A stretch of DNA of 63,933 nucleotides, the filler included, from Basidiobolus ranarum (Eukaryota), in NCBI GenBank assembly GCA_040143965.1. It is 46 parts of 46 records of this genome, joined end to end, with 100 filler letters (N's around TTAATTAATTAA, not from the genome) between each part and the next. Parts side by side here need not be neighbours in the genome. Positions count along the whole stretch, not along the records: positions 61,262 to 62,547 come from JASJQH010005683.1; positions 62,648 to 63,933 come from JASJQH010005684.1; 44 more parts are not named here. One strand, 5' to 3'. Shown here piece by piece: positions 61,262-63,933 of this stretch (within the stretch, counting starts at the first letter, position 1; the number at the start of each line of letters is the position of its first letter). The position numbers and the translations under genes are program-made. The notes beneath the pieces were generated by a model. It was not told the origin of the DNA. It worked only from the letters and a program-made list of their open reading frames with translations, and did not search any database.

Positions 61262-62547
61262 CAATAGTGTAATTTTGATGTATCTGCATTCCAAGACAAT
61301 ATGCTAGTGATCCAAGATCTTGCATTTCACACTCTGTAGATAGGCAGGTCTTAGTTTGTTGCATCAAATTTGTGCAATTACTAACTATTATGATATCATC
61401 AACATAGAATGTAATTAATCCCTCTAGTTGACCCATGTATATATCTTCATCAATTTCTCCATTAAGAAATGCTGTCTTGACATCCATTTGTTCAGTCAGC
61501 ATTCCTTGATGGGTAGCAATGGCTAGGATTACTCTGATTGAGGTAAACTTAGCAACAGGAGAAAACTTTTCATCATAGTCAATCCCATGTTCCTGATCAT
61601 GGCCTTTTACTACTAATCTTGTTTTGTACTGGTTGATAGATCCATCCAAATTAAGTTTCAGTTTCAGCACTCATCTATTACCAATAGTTTTTCTTCCAGT
61701 AGGTAAGTTCACAAGGATCCATGTACTATTCTTGATTAGGGAGTGAATTTCATCATCAGTGGCTTTTCTCCATTCTGTTGCTTCATAAGATTTCACAGCT
61801 TGTGTCAAATATTCTGGTTAAGAAAATGCTATATATGTAGTTATTTTCCACCTTTCTTCTGAATTGATTCTGCTAATTTCATGCTCTGATTTGAGATATC
61901 CAAAGTCCTTGGTAGAATGGTCAGATGTTTCACTTACAGGATGTTTCTGATTTCCACTTGGTAGGATTTCTGAGACCTCATTGCCTTAAAGTTATGATTA
62001 ATTAAATACTTGTTGTGATTGATTACTTTTTCCAATAACTGATTGCATACTTCCAATAATTGATTGCATCCAATTCCAGCCAAATTGAGAGTAAATATTT
62101 TTTAGGTATGTGATTGGTCAGATAAGTATTGCCTTGTTTCTGAGGCCAATTTCCTGATTCCTGATTGGTTAGAAAATATCCTTTTTCTGATTACCATATT
62201 TTTCATTGATAAAGATAATATACTGATATCCAGAAGTTGGTTCCAAATTATCAATATCCTCGGAATAATTATTTGGTTTCTGATATAAATCAGTGCATTT
62301 CCAGTGCTGCCTAATAGTTGACTACTTGTATAGCTGCTTGATTCCAGAATAGCATGTAATAGTTTGTTTTGCTTGGTTTCAGTACTCATAGTGAAGTTTG
62401 AGACAGGATTATTGCTTGTTGGTTTTCTACTAGAAATGTTCACCACAGGGATTGGCAGTGAATTGAGCTTTGTCATATCATTATTGGTGGCTGATGTTTT
62501 AGATCTTGTCCCAGATGTGATATTTTCTAAATTTGGATAATGTTGAT
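61262..62547 (-). pseudogene. Ty1/copia INT-RT spacer and RT fragment
   Basis: YKTRLVVKG; FSPVAKFTSIR; QMDVKTAFLNG; YVDD with an internal deletion. Confidence 0.9.
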
Positions 62548-62789
62548 NNNNNNNNNNNNNNNNNNNNNNNNNNNNNNNNNNNNNNNNNNNNTTAATTAAT
62601 TAANNNNNNNNNNNNNNNNNNNNNNNNNNNNNNNNNNNNNNNNNNNNCATTGCATTAAATCTTTGGAAGCACTCGGACACAATGTTACCAGATTAGCTAC
62701 CACACAATGTGTTGTTCAAGCAGTTTCCAGACTACCAAGTGGATATTTCTAGATTACTTGTCAATTAATGCAAACAAATAAATAGGCCT

Positions 62790-63685
62790 TGGGCTTTGTA
62801 GTACTTTCTCCTCTGTTTGGTATTTTACTTTGTAACTTTCTTCACTTATGTCCTGGATCCTTGCTTTCCTTGTTTGCTGAAAATATAAAGATTTCCAATT
62901 CCTTTCTTAGGCCAGACACTGCCAGTTTTGAGAGATTATGGTCAGAGAAGGACTTCAGCTTTCCATAGCCAGTTTTATTCAACTTTTCTGAAAAACATCT
63001 GTTTGTTGAACTAAATTGCCTCTCATATGCCATGCAACTGTTATAATATTTGGGAGCCTATTGGAAGTGGTTTGGAGAATTAGAGATATTGGTGGTTTTC
63101 ACTAATTAATTTACTGAGTAGAAAGTTGACATTGATAGTTTTGTCAAGATATAAGGAAACTCACATGCTCTGGAGATTGTTTCAAGCCATAGAGTGTTTT
63201 CAGAGTTGGCAAACTTTCTTAGGGTTTTCTGAGATGGGCTTCTCCTATCTGAACTGAAGTAGACACTTTAGTTAGCATTACTTTTTAGAGCTTTCTGGGT
63301 CAACAAATCTATATTGCTGGTCCATAGAGCTTTCCTCAGCAAGCTAATCATTCAAAAAAGCAGCTTCAACATCTGTTTGATATATAAATAACTGATATTT
63401 AGCTGAAATTGCCAAAATCAATCTAAATGAATTTAACTTTGCTACAGAAGCAAAAGCATCTATGCAGTCTATTCCTGGTTTTTGAGAATAGCCTTTGGCT
63501 ACTAGTCTAGCCTTCAACTTTCCTATATTTCCATCAGAGTTGTATTTAACTTCCAACATCCATTGGCAGCCAATAGATGTTCTATCATCAGGTAGGTTGA
63601 TTAAAATCCAAGTTTCAATATCAAACAAAGTCTGGTACTAATCAGCCATTGCAGATCTCCAAATTTTTTTGTGAGAGCCATTCAT
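62790..63685 (-). mobile_element. Copia fragments (pre-integrase, LTR-D piece ~63040-63165, RT)
   Basis: LKARLVAKGYSQKPGID; LYGLKQSP; LTR-D homology. Confidence 0.8.
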
Positions 63686-63933
63686 AAGTTAGTTAACATT
63701 ACTTAGTCAAATATCATTTAGCTGAAAATTGGAACATATATTATATACATATGTGAATAATGTGAAAACTAGCAATTCCGTATTGGAAATTTCAAACTCA
63801 TCCAAATTGTCCCAAAGATAGCTCATTTTACTCCCACAGATGTTCTGAACATAACCCCAGTGTTAGTTTTCTGTATTTCCAGCAAAATGTATAAATGCTT
63901 TATTTCTGGACAATAAACAATTATCTCACAAAG
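63686..63933 (+). mobile_element. LTR family E internal part
   Basis: Reverse-complement homology to ~22670-22917. Confidence 0.75.

Noticed and set aside
1299-62647. Regularly spaced TTAATTAATTAA palindrome as a CRISPR-like or biological repeat array
   Set aside because: Always embedded in exactly 44+44 N; it is an artificial six-frame-stop linker.

Overview
This window is not contiguous DNA. It is a pseudomolecule of 46 unrelated small contigs, sorted by length (1298 down to 1286 bp) and joined by 45 identical 100-bp artificial spacers (44 N + TTAATTAATTAA + 44 N). No neighbourhood inference is valid across a spacer. The source is an AT-rich eukaryote, most likely a fungus: there is a GT-AG intron and fungal-type transporter, membrane-protein and NRPS fragments. 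About 40 contigs are decayed, nested transposons: several Ty1/copia families, at least two Ty3/gypsy families, six LTR families (labelled A-F here), an abundant En/Spm (CACTA/CMC)-type DNA transposon with CCCTAACA termini, and a PIF/Harbinger-type transposase plus a Tourist-like MITE. The repeats are almost free of CpG, while the six genic contigs keep it. Host gene fragments: a secreted DUF3472-like protein, a small two-TM membrane protein, a TDT/SSU1-Mae1 transporter start, a possible HSF/Skn7 first exon, two tandem formate-nitrite transporters and an intron-containing NRPS condensation domain. The most unusual signals are a class-I tRNA-like cloverleaf with an AGA anticodon near an LTR-like end, heat-shock-element arrays in a gypsy LTR, and the CCCTA element with a divergent second ORF. 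No CRISPR array or prokaryotic system is supported. All family calls come from motif recognition by eye, not from database searches.
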